Below, one piece after another: positions 12,871 through 26,330 of a DNA stretch of 64,000 nt. The position numbers and the translations under genes were made by a program. How positions within the stretch are numbered: position 1 is the first letter of the stretch; each line of letters starts with the position of its first letter. Source of the stretch: Marsupella aquatica (Eukaryota; Plantae; Marchantiophyta); contig OZ316891.1 in NCBI GenBank assembly GCA_973895155.1, forward strand, positions 62,001-126,000, in the 5' to 3' direction. Under the pieces are notes generated by a model. It had not been told where the DNA came from. It searched no databases and saw only the letters and a program-made list of their open reading frames with translations.

Positions 12871-13945
12871 TAGCCCAATGCCCGTGCGTTGCACGAAAAA
12901 TGTCGAGGAGAGAAAAAATTTCGTAGTGAAAAATAGATGTCAAGATGATAAAAAATGTCGAGGAGAGAAAAGATATAGTAATGAGAAAAAGATATCGAGG
13001 TGATAAAAGAAGTCGAGGAGAGAAAAATATGTTGAAGAGAGAAAAGATGTTGAGGTGAGAAAAGATGTCGAGATGAGCAAAAGATGTCGCGATGATAAAA
13101 TAAGTTGAGGAGAGAGAAAGATGTCGAGGAGAGAAAAGATATCAAGGTGAGAAAAATACGTCGAGGTGATAATAGAAGTCGAGCAGAGAAAAATATGTTG
13201 AAGAGAGAAAAATGTTGAGGTGAGAAAAGATGTCGAGGTGAACAAAAGATGTTGAGATGATAAAAGAAGTCGAGGAGAGAAAATGAAGTTGAGAAGAGAA
13301 AAGATATTGATGAGAGAAAAGATGTAGAGCTAGGTGAGAAACCTATGTCCAGGAGAGAAAAGATTTTGAGAGAAATAGATGTTGAGATGAGAAAAAAATT
13401 GAAGAGAGAAAATCTGTGTGCAAAGGCTGGAGTGAAAAAGATGTTGAGCAGAAAAAAACATAAAGTAGAGCAAAACAATTTGAGCTGAGAAAATACAGTA
13501 TGAGTTTCTTTCCTCACCTTGTCATCTTTTCTCGTCTTGAAATATTTATCTTACAAAGATATTTTTTCCTCACCCTTGACATCTATTCTCAGTCTCCATG
13601 ACATATTTTCCTCATCTTTGCATCTTTTCTCACCCGGGTTCTCACCTTGCAATCTTTTCTCTCCTCGATATCTTTTTCTCACCTTGACTTTGCTTCCTCA
13701 CCTCACCACCCTTTCTCACCTTGGAATCTTTATCTCACAAATTCATTTTTTCCTCACCCTTGACATCTATTCTCTCCTTGACATATTTTCCTCATCTTTG
13801 CATCTTCTCTCACCTGGGTTCTCACCTTGCCATCTTTTCTCTCCTTGATGATTATCTTTTTCTTATGTACCTCGACTTCTTTTCCTCACCTTGCCAATCT
13901 TTTCTTGCCTTGGAATCTTTTGTGCAACGCACAAGCATCGGGCTA
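12871..13945. mobile_element. Foldback-like element bounded by two outward-facing Helitron-type 3' ends, with an internal minisatellite of about 19-21 bp
   Basis: The left end 'tagcccaatgcccgtgcgttgcacg' and the right end 'tgtgcaacgcacaagcatcgggcta' are inverted copies of each other. The left half is purine-rich (gaggagagaaaagatgtc)n and the right half is its pyrimidine-rich complement. Confidence 0.7.
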
Positions 13946-14413
13946 CAGCACTACAGCAGACAGTATGAGTTGCCTTGACATTTAGTTTATGATTCATGAG
14001 TGATGGTGAGGTTCTTCCCATCTAGCTCTGTAATATGTATCCCGCCATTATTGGGTTTCGTCTGCTCACAAAAATTAAAAAAGGCAGGATCCAATTCTGA
14101 TCGTCCATTTAAAAGATTACTTTTAATCACCCTTAGATGCAAGCAACACTATCACATTGCCTCACCTATCGGACACTAATTGGGTATCAATGGTAGAGGG
14201 GTCTCGGTAACTGCACATCAAAATATGACATATACGATGTACGACACCCCTGCATACCGTGATAATCCTAGTTTTTTCCTTTCAATCATTGAATGCAGCC
14301 ACATTTTGATGTGTGATTACCAGCAGGGATGGTAGAGGCTTGCGTACACTCAGAGTACATGCAAAGAGAAAAGACTCAAGTACACCTTCAAGAAGGACAA
14401 ATGTGTTTGAACG

Positions 14414-14492
14414 TACAATGATTATAGGTTGTACTAGAATGTGAACACATGATAAATGTGTTCACATTCTAGTACAACCTATAATCATTGTA
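14414..14492. repeat. Perfect 37-bp inverted repeat with a 5-nt loop
   Basis: tacaatgattataggttgtactagaatgtgaacacat-gataa-atgtgttcacattctagtacaacctataatcattgta. Confidence 0.95.
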
Positions 14493-16346
14493 TGTATCAT
14501 GTGTTTAGGGTAGCCAATGTCAAACTTGGGCCGGAGCGGGCAGCAGCATTGGGGACTGGGATGGGCAGTGTACGGCGCCCCGTGAAAGTGGAGGAGCATT
14601 AACTTGACGTAGATGTAACTCAGGGTCACTGTGAACCAATGTGTGTAGCAGGCCTAGCAGTCAGCCGCGTCAGCCAAGGGACAACCCGTATCCCAAACGG
14701 ATAATATGGGTATTGAGCTTTGAGATATACAACCAATTTGTTGATACACACACCGGGAATTAATATAGCTAATTTCAATGCTTAAATTACTAGAATCTAT
14801 CAGGATTTTGTTGCCAAATCCAGATCACACTGCAAAGTTGTTAACAAACTATCAGGGGATATTGGATAAGCAGACATACCTCATCTAGTTGCTTCCATTG
14901 TACATTATAAGCAGGGTTGTAGGTTTGGGAACCACTCATCAATGACTTGTCTAGCTTGAAGAGGTCCAAGTTATGCTAATGGCTGTACGTAGCTTCCACT
15001 TTTGATGTCTAGCATTAGATTTTTCTCTTCCATTTTTCAGTTGGTTTTGGATCAGGTTTCTTTACTGTTAGGCCCTCTTTGGGTTTCCTTTCTTTTTCTT
15101 ATCTTAGCATTCCAGATTGCCTTAGTTGACATTTTCTGCTAGCCCATCTCAACTACTTTTTCAATGTTTTCTTTCTGTTTGGTGTCTTCGTGAGACAGTA
15201 ATAAAGTTGTTGCCATTCAGTCATATAGTTGGTCCATCCTGGTACTTATTACAGATTTGTCTTTCATTTCAAGATGATTATATGATATGTTAACCTTAAT
15301 CTTGACATTATGGCTTGGAGTGCAAACCAAGGAAATGACATCATCTACATGTACCTTTATTGATATGTTGGTACAATTATACTTTTGATTTTGGTTGACA
15401 ATAAAGTAAATCACCATTAGCCCATGATCATGTTTAGTGGAATGGTGATGAGGAAGCAGATCATGGTTCTCAGTAGGGCATGAGTTCAATTCTTCCTGGC
15501 TAGTGAGTTTTGTATTGACATATTCATGTAAACAAAAGACACCTCTCAGTATAAAGGTTTATGTTATTAAAGTGTAACGTTAGAGGAATTAAAAGGTAAG
15601 ACAAAAATTAGAGGGGTGACTTCACTGTCAAATTTATAAAATTACCAAAAATAAGACTCTCATATCTAAAATGAAAACTTCAATAATTACTCTAAAAAAT
15701 TCCTGGAAATATCAGGTCACTGTCCATACATAGACTCTGATCAGTCACAAAGAAGGTCCCAAAAGGGAAAAAGTTTAACCAAAAAGAAATCCAAGATGAA
15801 CCAGAGGAAAAAACAAGAGGGGCCTAAGCAAGGGAAACCTAAGAATGAACTTGTTTGGGACCAGGTGTTCGTAGTGTTTGCAACTCAGAATGTATCTAAA
15901 ACCATATCTATCTACTACCAGTTATGTAGAAAGCTACCATACTATCTGAGGCTGGCAAAGATGCCCACATGACATGAGACAAAACATGTTAACTTGAATA
16001 GGTAGTACTTTCTGGACTTTAGGGTCGACATACTAAGTTTACAAAACGTGTGTCAAGGCGCCAAGACCTCATCATAAGCTACGGAGGGAAGGGAGTAGCT
16101 TGGTCACGCAGGCTGAGCCCATGCTTGGGGACTTAGGATTTAGGCCTTAGGGTCTAAACCCTTATCCCTAATGTGGGAATCATTCATGATATGCCCAAAA
16201 GTGCTTTTTGGCGGTCATCTCCATCCCATTACCCACTATTTGTGAGATAAGTATAAAGCGGCCGTACACCAATCCTGCATAAAACAACTTTCTCATGTCA
16301 GCTCTTGGAGACCAGACCTGGCACTTGGTATGTACCATTAAAACCT

Positions 16347-16791
16347 ACAATATAAAGTTGTGTCAATAAGGCTCAAAATGGGAAAGATTCTTTATGATAA
16401 GTATGTTTGTGAAATTTGTAAATTATTAGATTCTTTTAAGATATATATATATATATCTCTGCAGATTGTCACTGTCATCAATTTCAAAATATTCTAAACT
16501 TCTTAAAGGACACGTAAATTGGGATATTCTCAAAATATTCTTACAACACATGCATTGCAAATAGGGTCACAATATAAAGTTGTGTCAAAAGGTTCAAAAT
16601 GGGGAAAGATTCTTTATGATAAGTATGTTTGTGAAATTTTGTAAATTGTTAGATTTCTTTTAAGACATATATATATATGCAGATTGTCACTATCATCAAT
16701 TTCAAAATATTCTAAACTTCTTTAAGGACACGTGGATTGGGACATTCTCAAAATATCTTTATAGACACATGCATTGCAAATAGGGTCACAA
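16347..16791. repeat. Tandem duplication of about 222 bp (AT-rich)
   Basis: 'acaatataaagttgtgtcaa...catgcattgcaaatagggtcacaa' occurs twice, starting at about 16347 and 16569. Confidence 0.85.
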
Positions 16792-16989
16792 GTGACAAAA
16801 CATATATGCATTACACAAGTATTCTTATTCCTTAGAGTTATTGTAAATTATTTTCCTTTCACTTTTATACTTTTTTTCTTAAACTCTTTTTTGGTTTTCT
16901 TTTTAAAACTCTAATTGTCTAAACATTTTAAGTTTTCACAGGTTTTCATGTACAGGAGCATCCTTACTCTTAAGTGTCATTGTAGATTA

Positions 16990-17850
16990 ATTTTCTTAGT
17001 ATTTTTTTTTCTTTTGGGAAGAAGAAGAGTAAATAAGGAAAACTGTGAAAGCTCACGGGAAAGGGGGAAAAAGCCACCCAGCCCACAACGAGACATTAAC
17101 AGAGGACAAAGGAACTCAAACGGGGATCCAAACCAGAGGGTCCCAACCAGGAACACTGTCTGGACATACATCTGATCCCAGTCAAGAGGGACGGGTGGTA
17201 GTGCCGCCTCCCTGTCCACCAAAATATCTGGTACGTTCCCTTTCAACAGACTTTGCCCTGATGAGATGAGAACTACTCCTAGAAGACATAACTACTTCTA
17301 ATCTGACTGCTACTAATATTAAAACCTGTTTCAGCAAGAATCCTATTGATGTTGAAGTGTCTGGAATTGTGGGTGCCAAAGACAAGCTCATTAATTTCTA
17401 TTAGTCCAGATTTCCCATAGTACTTGGTAGGTAAAGAAAATCTGAATAGAAGCCGGGGAACTTGTTTCCACGTTCCGAAGCAAGCAATTCCAGAATGTTC
17501 CCATAACCCACTTAATAACTGATGGGAAGCATGCTCTAGGAAGAGATGAGGCAGGGATTCAGTGACCCCAAGGCAAAGTAATAGAGCAATCTCCATCACT
17601 AGCACCAATCCAAAGAGCCCGTGCACCACTGAACAGCCCGTGAGCAAACATCCTCCAAATGAACACTTTACTCCTGAAGCAAAGATCATACTGTTGGAAA
17701 CGGTCAGCTCAGACTAGGCAGCAATGCGGAAACATGAGAATGCGCACAATCTCAAACTACACCTACAAGACACCAATGATGGAGAAACTCTTGAAGGATC
17801 CATAGCTCATGAGAAAGAACATGTGAAGAATGAGGGAGAGAATGCTCTCC
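16990..17850 (-). pseudogene. Probable 3' remnant of a LINE (zf-RVT-like region)
   Basis: The decayed minus-strand frame contains 'LCLGVTESLPHLFLEH', resembling the C..C...ES..HLF..C motif of zf-RVT. An A-rich tract follows on the minus strand near 17000-17012. Confidence 0.4.
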
Positions 17851-20800
17851 CTCCAACCTATATCCCCGAAGGGGGACTAAGATGTGTGGGCCTAAAGAAG
17901 TGGATCTTATCCTAAACTAACCAAGGGTCAACTAACCCTAGTAAGGCCAAACTAACTAAAGCCGGGAACTCACGTCAATTTCTAACACATACCCCCAAAG
18001 GCAGATTCAGAAGGCATTCCATTCTTGGGGGTTTCACTTTCACAAAAAATTGGCACATCATGTGCGACGAAGCATAGGGTCATTTGATTGGTTCAAAGAG
18101 AAGACTTAAGAATTTTTGCAAAATAACAATAGGGTCTTTTAAATCCAATTTTAAGACTTACAAGAATAATAGGGTACTTCTAAATTTTGGCCAACTTTAT
18201 AGGGGTTGAAAAAACTCTTACATGTTAGGGGGTCCGAGGCCTAAAAATTTTGCAGGTGATGGGGGGCCTCCATATAGTGAGACCCCCAAGATTCCTGTAG
18301 AGTAGGGTTTAGAGAAAGTTCAACACTTTTTCTCTTAAACAACCAAAGTTTGTTCCCGTGAAGAGCTTGTGAGACCTAAAAGATTGTTCTAAAATGGTTT
18401 GAGATAGTCAAGCTAACCTATCTCTGATTCTAAGCCTTTACCGACATGCTTAGGTCTGGTGGAAGGAATTTTTAATACATCCTTAGGTATCGTGACGTTT
18501 GTATTGTCAACAATGTAATAATCAATTCTTAATACAAAACAACCAAAAGCCGGAGATGTAAAGATAGTATTAGGCGAGCCTCAAATGTCTCTTCTCCTCT
18601 CGCCACTTAGCAATCTATGACTAATGTAGTTTGCCATAGAGAACCAAAAATCACATTTTAAAGTCTCCAAACTCGGTATTCGTTCCCTTTAAGAACAAGA
18701 TGGGGTTGGTTTGATGTAATAAACTAAAAACAAAGCTTTAAGCTCTTGTGTCACACATAGTAATCAATCTTGACTACTTTAATCAGGTACTTTGAAGATC
18801 GCTCCACAGCGGTGAGTAGTTTTTGATGATAACTCAACATCAGATAACCTTCAATTAAGCAAAAGATTGCAATTAACAAAACACAAGGAAAAATCTCTCA
18901 GAGTATGCTTAAGGGAGTCTGGAATAGACCAAGGTTACTCCTTAGACATAAGTAATAATGGAATGACTTTAAGGGAATCCAAATCCACACGGCTTTTCAG
19001 ATCTAAACTGCATACTAGAGTATCCTTTTAAAATGCCGGCAACATGTCTTGACCTTTCTTCCTAAGTGATACTTAGTCAAGATCTAAAAGGATAAATACT
19101 TCAGCATTTAGATGGTACTAAGCAACATGAAGGTGAAAACATCATTTCCAATGTAACTTAAACTCAATGAGTTAACTCTAAGAACTTGTGAGATTACAAT
19201 GTGTCACCAAAGCGGAATCTGACATTATAATTCACGAGATTCATAACTGAGGTTTTACTTCAAGTATTTGGGTTCCAAAATACAAGAAGGAGGTAAGTCT
19301 CTCCAATTATTAAGTCTGATTTAGAACTCGTAGGTTCAGAATCAATAGACTTAACAAAAGGGAGGCAAAAATGCAGAACTTAACCATCTCTCTACACTAG
19401 GGGAAGAGGTATAAATAGTGATGAACTACAGAATAAGAGGTCACAGGGTCGAAGAGACATGCCTCTTCATACCCCTCAAAATTTTAAAATGGCGATTCAG
19501 TAAGTGAAAAGCCGGAAAAATGGCTAAGTATGAACTCGTAAACTCTTAAAAACTTAAACTCTTAAAAACGTAAAAACTTAAACTCTTAAACTCTTAATTT
19601 CGGTATACTAAAAATTGAGTAGATTCAACTATTTTTAACTTTCTACTCCTGGTTCGGAAAACTCTGAAATTTTTCCAGCAGGGTTTCCTAGGTACAGACT
19701 ACAGCCTAAAGAAGTCTCATAGCTTTTAAAGCTCTACAACACATTTAGAAAAATTGGTAAAAGTACTATACTTTTCAATACTAGCTAAAAAGATAGTCTC
19801 CTTCAAGCTTGTTGTCGAATATCATCGGGTTCGAGCAGCTCCACGTAGGTGACAGCCCGATTCTGTGTTACCTCCATCAGCTCAGTCTGACGTGGTGATC
19901 CTCGAGAGTAGGGTAGGCACCTTAGTTGTCTCTCAGGATACATCAAAGGCATTCGCTTCATCAAATAACAGGAATTTATACGAAGAGCTTCTCTGTATAT
20001 CCCTAGTACATCATAGTTGTTGCAGGTGGCAGCATATACTTGGGGATAGTGATACAGAAACTCATCACTATTCATCATCCTGGAATAGAAGGGTCGAAGT
20101 CTCCATTTGACATCTCTGAAATACCGGTTGAAGCTGGGCAGAGTTTGAGAGGTAAGGTGGAAGAGAAGTCAGTAATGAGCGCCTATGTCTTGCATTCCTT
20201 CCCTTTCAAGGTGAGCTCTTCATCCGTTGTGGAGTCCCGTTGAACTAGTTGTAAGATGTCACGATCACAGAGTCGCCAAATCTTAAGGTGTAACTCGTAA
20301 AGCAGTGAACTAGTAAACTCGTAAACTGAGTTTACTCGTAACTTAGGAACTTAGTAACTTTGAATGCTGTTTTAGTTACAGTTAGCAATAATTGCAGTCT
20401 AAACACCGTAAAAAATTTAAAAATTTTCAGTTTCTTCATGCTTTTGGAATTACCCACTACTTACAACTAAGTTAGGCACGATTAAGAGTCAACAAAGAAT
20501 TTAACTAAGTTAGGTTGATGCCTAAAGCTAATCTCTAAAGCCAACCATCTAAGAATTTGTAAAAGATATATGGAAATAAGCCTGTATTAATTTTATGGCC
20601 AAGTCATAACAAGGCAGTACTCATCACTCCGAACAAACTTTTCTCTTTTTATCAACTCTCCAGATTGCTCTGACTTTTGGATCTATGGAAATTGTGAGTT
20701 CTCGTCTGGGGCATCTTCCAAACATATTCCCAGCACACAAGTCAATTCAGATCTTTGCATGATCTCAAGCATGCATTTTCAATCAATCTGAATATTGGCA

Positions 20801-21209
20801 TGACATTGCTAGTCACATCAAACAGATTTCTAGCAAGTAGGATCACGCACTAAATTCCAAACACAAGTCATAGATTACCAAAGATAATTGGAAATCTATT
20901 ACTTCTCTTCAATTTCTTCAAAGAAGGAGACTTTCACAAGTGCAATGTAAGTCTGAGTGATATGGTGGAAACTTTCCCTCTTATGTGGGGACAAGTTTCC
21001 TCTAACCAAAAGTTGAAGAGGTATGCCTCTTCATTTCCTAACCTAAATGTAAACTCTGAAAATAGACTAAGAGATGAAATGCTCAGCAAAAATTCAAAGT
21101 CTAATTCTTTCTATACTAAGTTTTATAACGCCTTAAACATGAAATCGGATCAAAAACCAGATGAGAAACGGGATGGGAAACTGGTTCAAATCCTCGATGG
21201 AATTACTCT

Positions 21210-23290
21210 TTATTTATCAGGAGTTGGAGTGTCGGGCTTCACCAATGTGGGGTCTAGTGCTGGGTCAATGGAGTTGAGAGGGTTTGGCATGAAAGTGACA
21301 CCTCCAAAGGTAGCTGTAAATGGTGAGGTTGGAATGGGAGGGAAGTTGGGTATGACTGTGGTAGAAGTGATGTCAGGAACATGAGAGTCAGCCCATCCTT
21401 CTGCTGGTGTCACTCGGGGAGATGGAAGTGTGATCTTCTCTTCAAATTGGGTCTGCTCCTCATCCGAAAGGTCCCAGTATTTCTTCAGATCAGAAAGAAT
21501 AAGTTTGAGGGTAGAGAGACTCTCATCCACCTTGTCGCCATAATCATGTGCAATGTGGATGACCAAGGGCATGAGAAGGGGATTGGGTACATCAATGAAG
21601 TACTTCTTGAATAGTTGGGTCTCGACTAGGTCCTCTCCTTTGCTCTCCACTAGTGGTTCCAAGTGGTCCATAGCTCTAGAAATGTTGTCAAAAAGTAGCT
21701 GCTTGGCTATGGTCTTTTATAGTCTTTAACAAAACCTTGGCAATGGATGCGAGTCATTTAAAGTATGGAAGAAGGACTTAGCGGGCTTAGTCCTATAAGG
21801 TATGGTCTAAATTGCCCCGGTTTCTACTAGTGAACTATTCAAGCTGGTGGTTCTTCTTTCTCTCTTCCTCCAAAGACTTCTCCAGCTACTCCATCTTGGC
21901 CTTATTGTCATTCCCTTTCATCAGGTCGTCTACTTTTCCCAGAAGGTTAGTAGGAGCTACACTAGTCACCAGGGATAGCTTTGAAAGCATTGGTTCCATG
22001 ATCCCCATCTTGGTCATGATGGCCAAGATGTCCTTGAATAAACAGGAGAAATGGTGTAAGGTAGAGTGGGAAAGATTGGTTGAAAAAGTTGTAGCACCGC
22101 TCACTGGGTAGGAAACCGAGTCAAAAACTGGTTCAGAAGCCGGATCAGAAGCCAGCTCAGATTTGTCAAGCTTCCTCTTCCTAGTTGGTCCTACATAGTC
22201 AACCTCTTCTAGCTCTACGTCATCCTCAGACTCTGGTAAGTTCTGAACGTCTGAATCCAAGACTCCATATTTCACACAGCTACTCTTGATGCCAAGTGCA
22301 CTCTTCTCATGGTTGAACAAGGCTTGGTCATGAGAATAGAGATGTACTAGGTAACAAGAGAGAGGAGTGGGAGCTCTGTTCGATAGGGCGGACGCCTGCT
22401 TAGACTCCAGAATGCTTGAAAAGATGGCGGCCCATGATACTTCTCTGGTTTTAAAGAAAGAAGCAATGATAGTGCTTCCTACTTTAAAAGTCACCCTCCT
22501 TTGCTTCTCTGGCTAGATGAGGTGGACAAGGAAGGCCATCACGTTCCTGAGGTCTTTGTGGTACACTGGTTGATGGTCCATCCTTCTTTGACATCCATTT
22601 TGCCACCAAAGTATTCCACTGTCAGATTCTCTCCTCTGGGGCAGAAGCCACTCCTCTTCATTGGAAACTGTAGAGCTTCTCCAACAAATGCCTTAGTCCA
22701 GGCTTCTGGTCGAGCTCAAGAAGTCTTCTAGAATTCTGAGCTCGGGGGGGTTGACTATCAACAATCTTAGCAACCACGTGCGATCCAAAATATGTATTTT
22801 TCATATAAATTAGCTAAATTTTTAAAAAGCGCAGGAAGCAAAAGAAGGTATTATAAACCTATATTTATAGAATATTCTCTAACATATACCTTTTATAAAG
22901 TAAAATAGGTCATTACTATTGAAAATAGAGAATATTTTTAGAATATTCCTATTATAAAATAGGTGTGTTTATATTAGGCTAGGATCGCACGTGGTACCCC
23001 AAAATATACACTAAGTTAACCCCCCAAGATTCTGAGGGGGGAACTCTTGATATCACCTCTCTCACCATATCTTCACTCAGAAAGCCCCAAGTAAGATCCA
23101 TCAAGGAAGCACATCCCATCAATGTAAGATCATTCCTGAGCTGGTCCTTCTCAGCTGCATCAATGAGTATGAGAGGTCTCAAGGGTTTCATGGTGATCTG
23201 GGTCTCCTTTCTCTTTGCACATCGCACTTCAGGCTTCACTCAAGTCCTTTGAGTCCTGGAGGAGGGACTACTCTTGGCACTCCTCATACT
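21210..23290 (-). pseudogene. Decayed retroelement-associated accessory ORF
   Basis: Collinear broken frames read 'LRNDLTLMGCASLMDLTWGFLSEDMVREV', 'VSWAAIF...PTPLSCYLVHLY' and a charged C-terminal part. This resembles uncharacterised bryophyte retrotransposon-linked ORFs (from memory). It has several stops and a MITE insertion. Confidence 0.5.
22741..23028. mobile_element. 288-bp MITE with 8-bp TSD (hAT-like)
   Basis: TSD attctgag at 22733-22740 and 23029-23036. Imperfect TIRs are ctcggggggg.ttgact / agttaaccccccaag. Subterminal inverted motif is ccacgtgcgatcc / ggatcgcacgtgg. The core is AT-rich. Confidence 0.85.
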
Positions 23291-25940
23291 ATGATCCGGT
23301 AGTTGATAATAGTGAACAGGTTTGAACCGATGAGGGAGGAAAGTAGAAGCTGGAAATACAGACAGCCTCTATAATTAATCCCTTGGGTATATCGGCCAAC
23401 CTTCTCCTCCTTAGTAAACTCTCAGCGAAAGACAAGGTCTCTCGGGCGAGATATAGGGAAAACCGATTTGCCACCGGTTCAGATTCCGGTTCAGAAACTG
23501 GCTCAGAACCCGGAAGAAACAACTATCAAAATAGAGGGCCTCAGTGCCAATCTTCACATCCCCAGTCTTCCCTCCAGCATAGGAGTAGGCTGCCACCTCA
23601 CACGAGTCTGTCCAAGCTCTCTTATACCATGCTCTCACAACTAGAAACTAGAATTGTCCTCTAATCTAGACCCAAGATCCTCAACCGAAAGGGAAGAGCC
23701 TCCTTACACTATTGCTTCAATAAGCCTATGCGCTCGAGAACTCAAAACTTACTTAGTTAAGCTTTGAGAGGTGTGAGGAATGCAAAACTGGCTCAGCCTT
23801 AAGAGGATTCCGGATCATGTTCAGGAGTCCAGTGCTTATGGTTTTTCTCCGATGCGAAGATCGTGGCCCCGTCTTCAAGAACCCGACATCAGATTTTCTT
23901 GATATCTCCCGGAAGCAATTTTACGGCTTTCAGTTGGTGACCCGGTATCCTTCTTTTTACCAAAAAATATATTTTCCGGTTGAGCCTCTTTTCTTTCTCT
24001 TAGCCTCTTAAATGGTCTTTTATTAGACTTTCAGTAATGGTTTCCTTAGCATTTCAAGTCCTTCTTTCTTTCTTCAGAGGCAATTTTTTTTAATTTTTCC
24101 ACTTTCTTTATTCCTTTCTTCTTAACCATATTATCACAGTTCCATTCTACTTTTGAAAGGTTAATGTTCCAAATCATGTTCAGCCTAATGAAGTCCGAGT
24201 CCTTCGGCCACAAAAGATGGTAGAGTTGGCTACTGGGCAAACTCAAAGCAACAAGAGCAATAGCGGAGTCAGACCAATGCTGGTCCTCAGCTGATGTGAT
24301 AAAGTCAAGCCTGCCTTCACAAAAGCTAAGATAAAACTCACAAAATTACAGATCAGTACTCTGATGTACGGATCCAAGCCTGTTAGTTTATCTGTGAGAC
24401 TATAGTTGGTCTCAGTGTACCCAAAAAATGTGATTTAGATCACCATGTTGTCAAAATAGAGGATAGTATGCCCAGGGTCCTCACTTCTTTTATTCCGACC
24501 CATCATGCGCGAATAAATATAGGGTTTTTTTATTGGGTTTAGTGAAATACTTTTAAATTTTTGTTGAAGAACATTAGGGTTATTTTAATCCAATTTTGAG
24601 AATTATAAGAATCATAGCATTTTTAAATCAAATATGAGTTTATTCTTGGAATATTCCATTAAGTTAGGGGTTAAAAAATTCCTAAAAAAAACTTTATTGA
24701 CTTAACTTTTAGGGTGTTTATTCCCCCAAAACTTTGAGCGTGATATGAGACACCCCTTGGATTGAGGCCCCCGAGATAGTATGGAGAGATTTGTGAGTTG
24801 TTGGAGACTATGGCTTATGTGATACTTGTCCAAATTGAGATTTGAATAGACCATTGGAAAGATCTTGTTGTGGCAAGCAAGATAGATACCAAAACACAAA
24901 AAATAAATATGTATTAAGGGAGTTATAATTGAGGGAAAATATGGGTAGTCATAAGAGTTGAGTTAGCTTTTCTCAATTGGGTTAACCACTTTTTGTTAGT
25001 TAGCCATGAATCTCTTGGATAGCACTCGAGATTGTTAGGTATTTACTCAAGGTCTAGGGTTACAACATGTAACCATAGTTAGGCTAACTGTAGGCAGAGA
25101 CATGGTTAGGGTAACTAGGATGCACACTATATGCCAAGCAATGTTTGCTTGGATAAGTGGAACTAAGGCTCATTGTTATGAAGCCACTTAGAGATGAGGA
25201 GAGCTTACACTATGAAGACTCGGTATGGCGGACGGGCTTAGAGTTCAGTACGAGGTTCAGTAAAGCTCTCTTGTGTGTTCCCGTGGACGTAGTCTCAAGG
25301 AGGTGAACCACGTATCTCTTGTGTTGATCAGTTGCTCGTTGGATTTGTCATGGGCTTACCATTGTGAATATCATCTATGCTCAACAGAGATGGCATAGGC
25401 CAGATCCAAATACTCATCTTGTCTCTAGTAGGGTTAGAAAGTATGATGGACTATGACCCATTTAGTTTGGAGTTTGATAATTTGGGGATACGTACGGCTT
25501 GATGGAATTGGTTTACAACATGGTAAGATTTACAGTGTGGAATCAGTTTGTGGTAAGCTGATAAACAAGTGTTGATACAGTCCACAAACTACTCTAAATC
25601 TTGTAATCAATTTATCAAAGGATACACACATACAAGTGTTTGAGTGGTGGAACTCAATCTACTCTTGGTCATATGGTTGTATGATAAGTTTAATTGAGTT
25701 AATTTCAAAGTGGAAGTTGTTGTCAGATTGCTCACCCTCTTGAAGAATATATGTGAGTACTATGGGTCAGCGTAAACTTATGTGAGAGTTTCTTGGGTAG
25801 TTTTAGCTGATTTATGTGGATACGAGCCCTATGCCAGTGCGTTGCACTGTGCAAGGAGGGCCGGTCCCATAGGGAGAATCTGATGTATGCCTCGAAAGAA
25901 AGTTTTCTTCTCACTTCTCGAGCAATCAATCGCATGTTAT

Positions 25941-26330
25941 GGGGGGGCGAGCGAGGCAGGAGGGCGCGAAGCCCTATGGAGGGGGCGAGCGAGGCTGGAG
26001 GGCACGAAGCCCTATGGAGGGGGGTGAGCGAGGTAAGAGGGCGCGAAGCCCTATGGAGGGGGGCGAGCGAGGCTCGTGCCTCCTTCATTCGCCACGGACT
26101 GGGAGCAAGGGTGGCGGGGCCAGGAGGGGCGCGAAGCCCTATGGAGGGGGCTGCGCGTGCCTGAGTGCCTCATTCAATCTGGTGCATGCCTCGTTTCACG
26201 ATCGGACGGCTACGAAAAATGAGATGCTTGTATCTGACGGTTAAGATTGATTCCCGCTGAAATTTGAATTTGTAACGGGACGACGGACGAAAGTGGCCAA
26301 ATGGGCGGGATTGCGTATTATAGTGTTAGA
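25941..26330 (-). mobile_element. Helitron-like 5' terminus with a GC-rich tandem repeat of about 39 bp
   Basis: The minus strand reads A|TCTAACACTATAATAC at 26330, a Helitron 5'-TC end following an A. Three to four copies of 'gggggcgagcgaggctggagggcgcgaagccctatgga' lie at 25941-26150. Confidence 0.5.

Noticed and set aside
12870-13978. Hydrophobic F/S/L-rich ORFs as membrane proteins
   Set aside because: They are translation artefacts of the pyrimidine-rich minisatellite strand.
18035-24780. Diverged direct repeats at about 18035-18290 and 24480-24780 as an LTR pair
   Set aside because: The similarity is patchy and I could not find TG/CA ends, a TSD, a PBS or a PPT.
12871-26330. One 13.5-kb minus-strand Helitron from the 5' end at 26330 to the 3' end at 12871
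   Set aside because: The orientation is compatible, but no Rep/helicase is present, an opposing 3' end lies at 13945, and nothing links the two ends to the same family.
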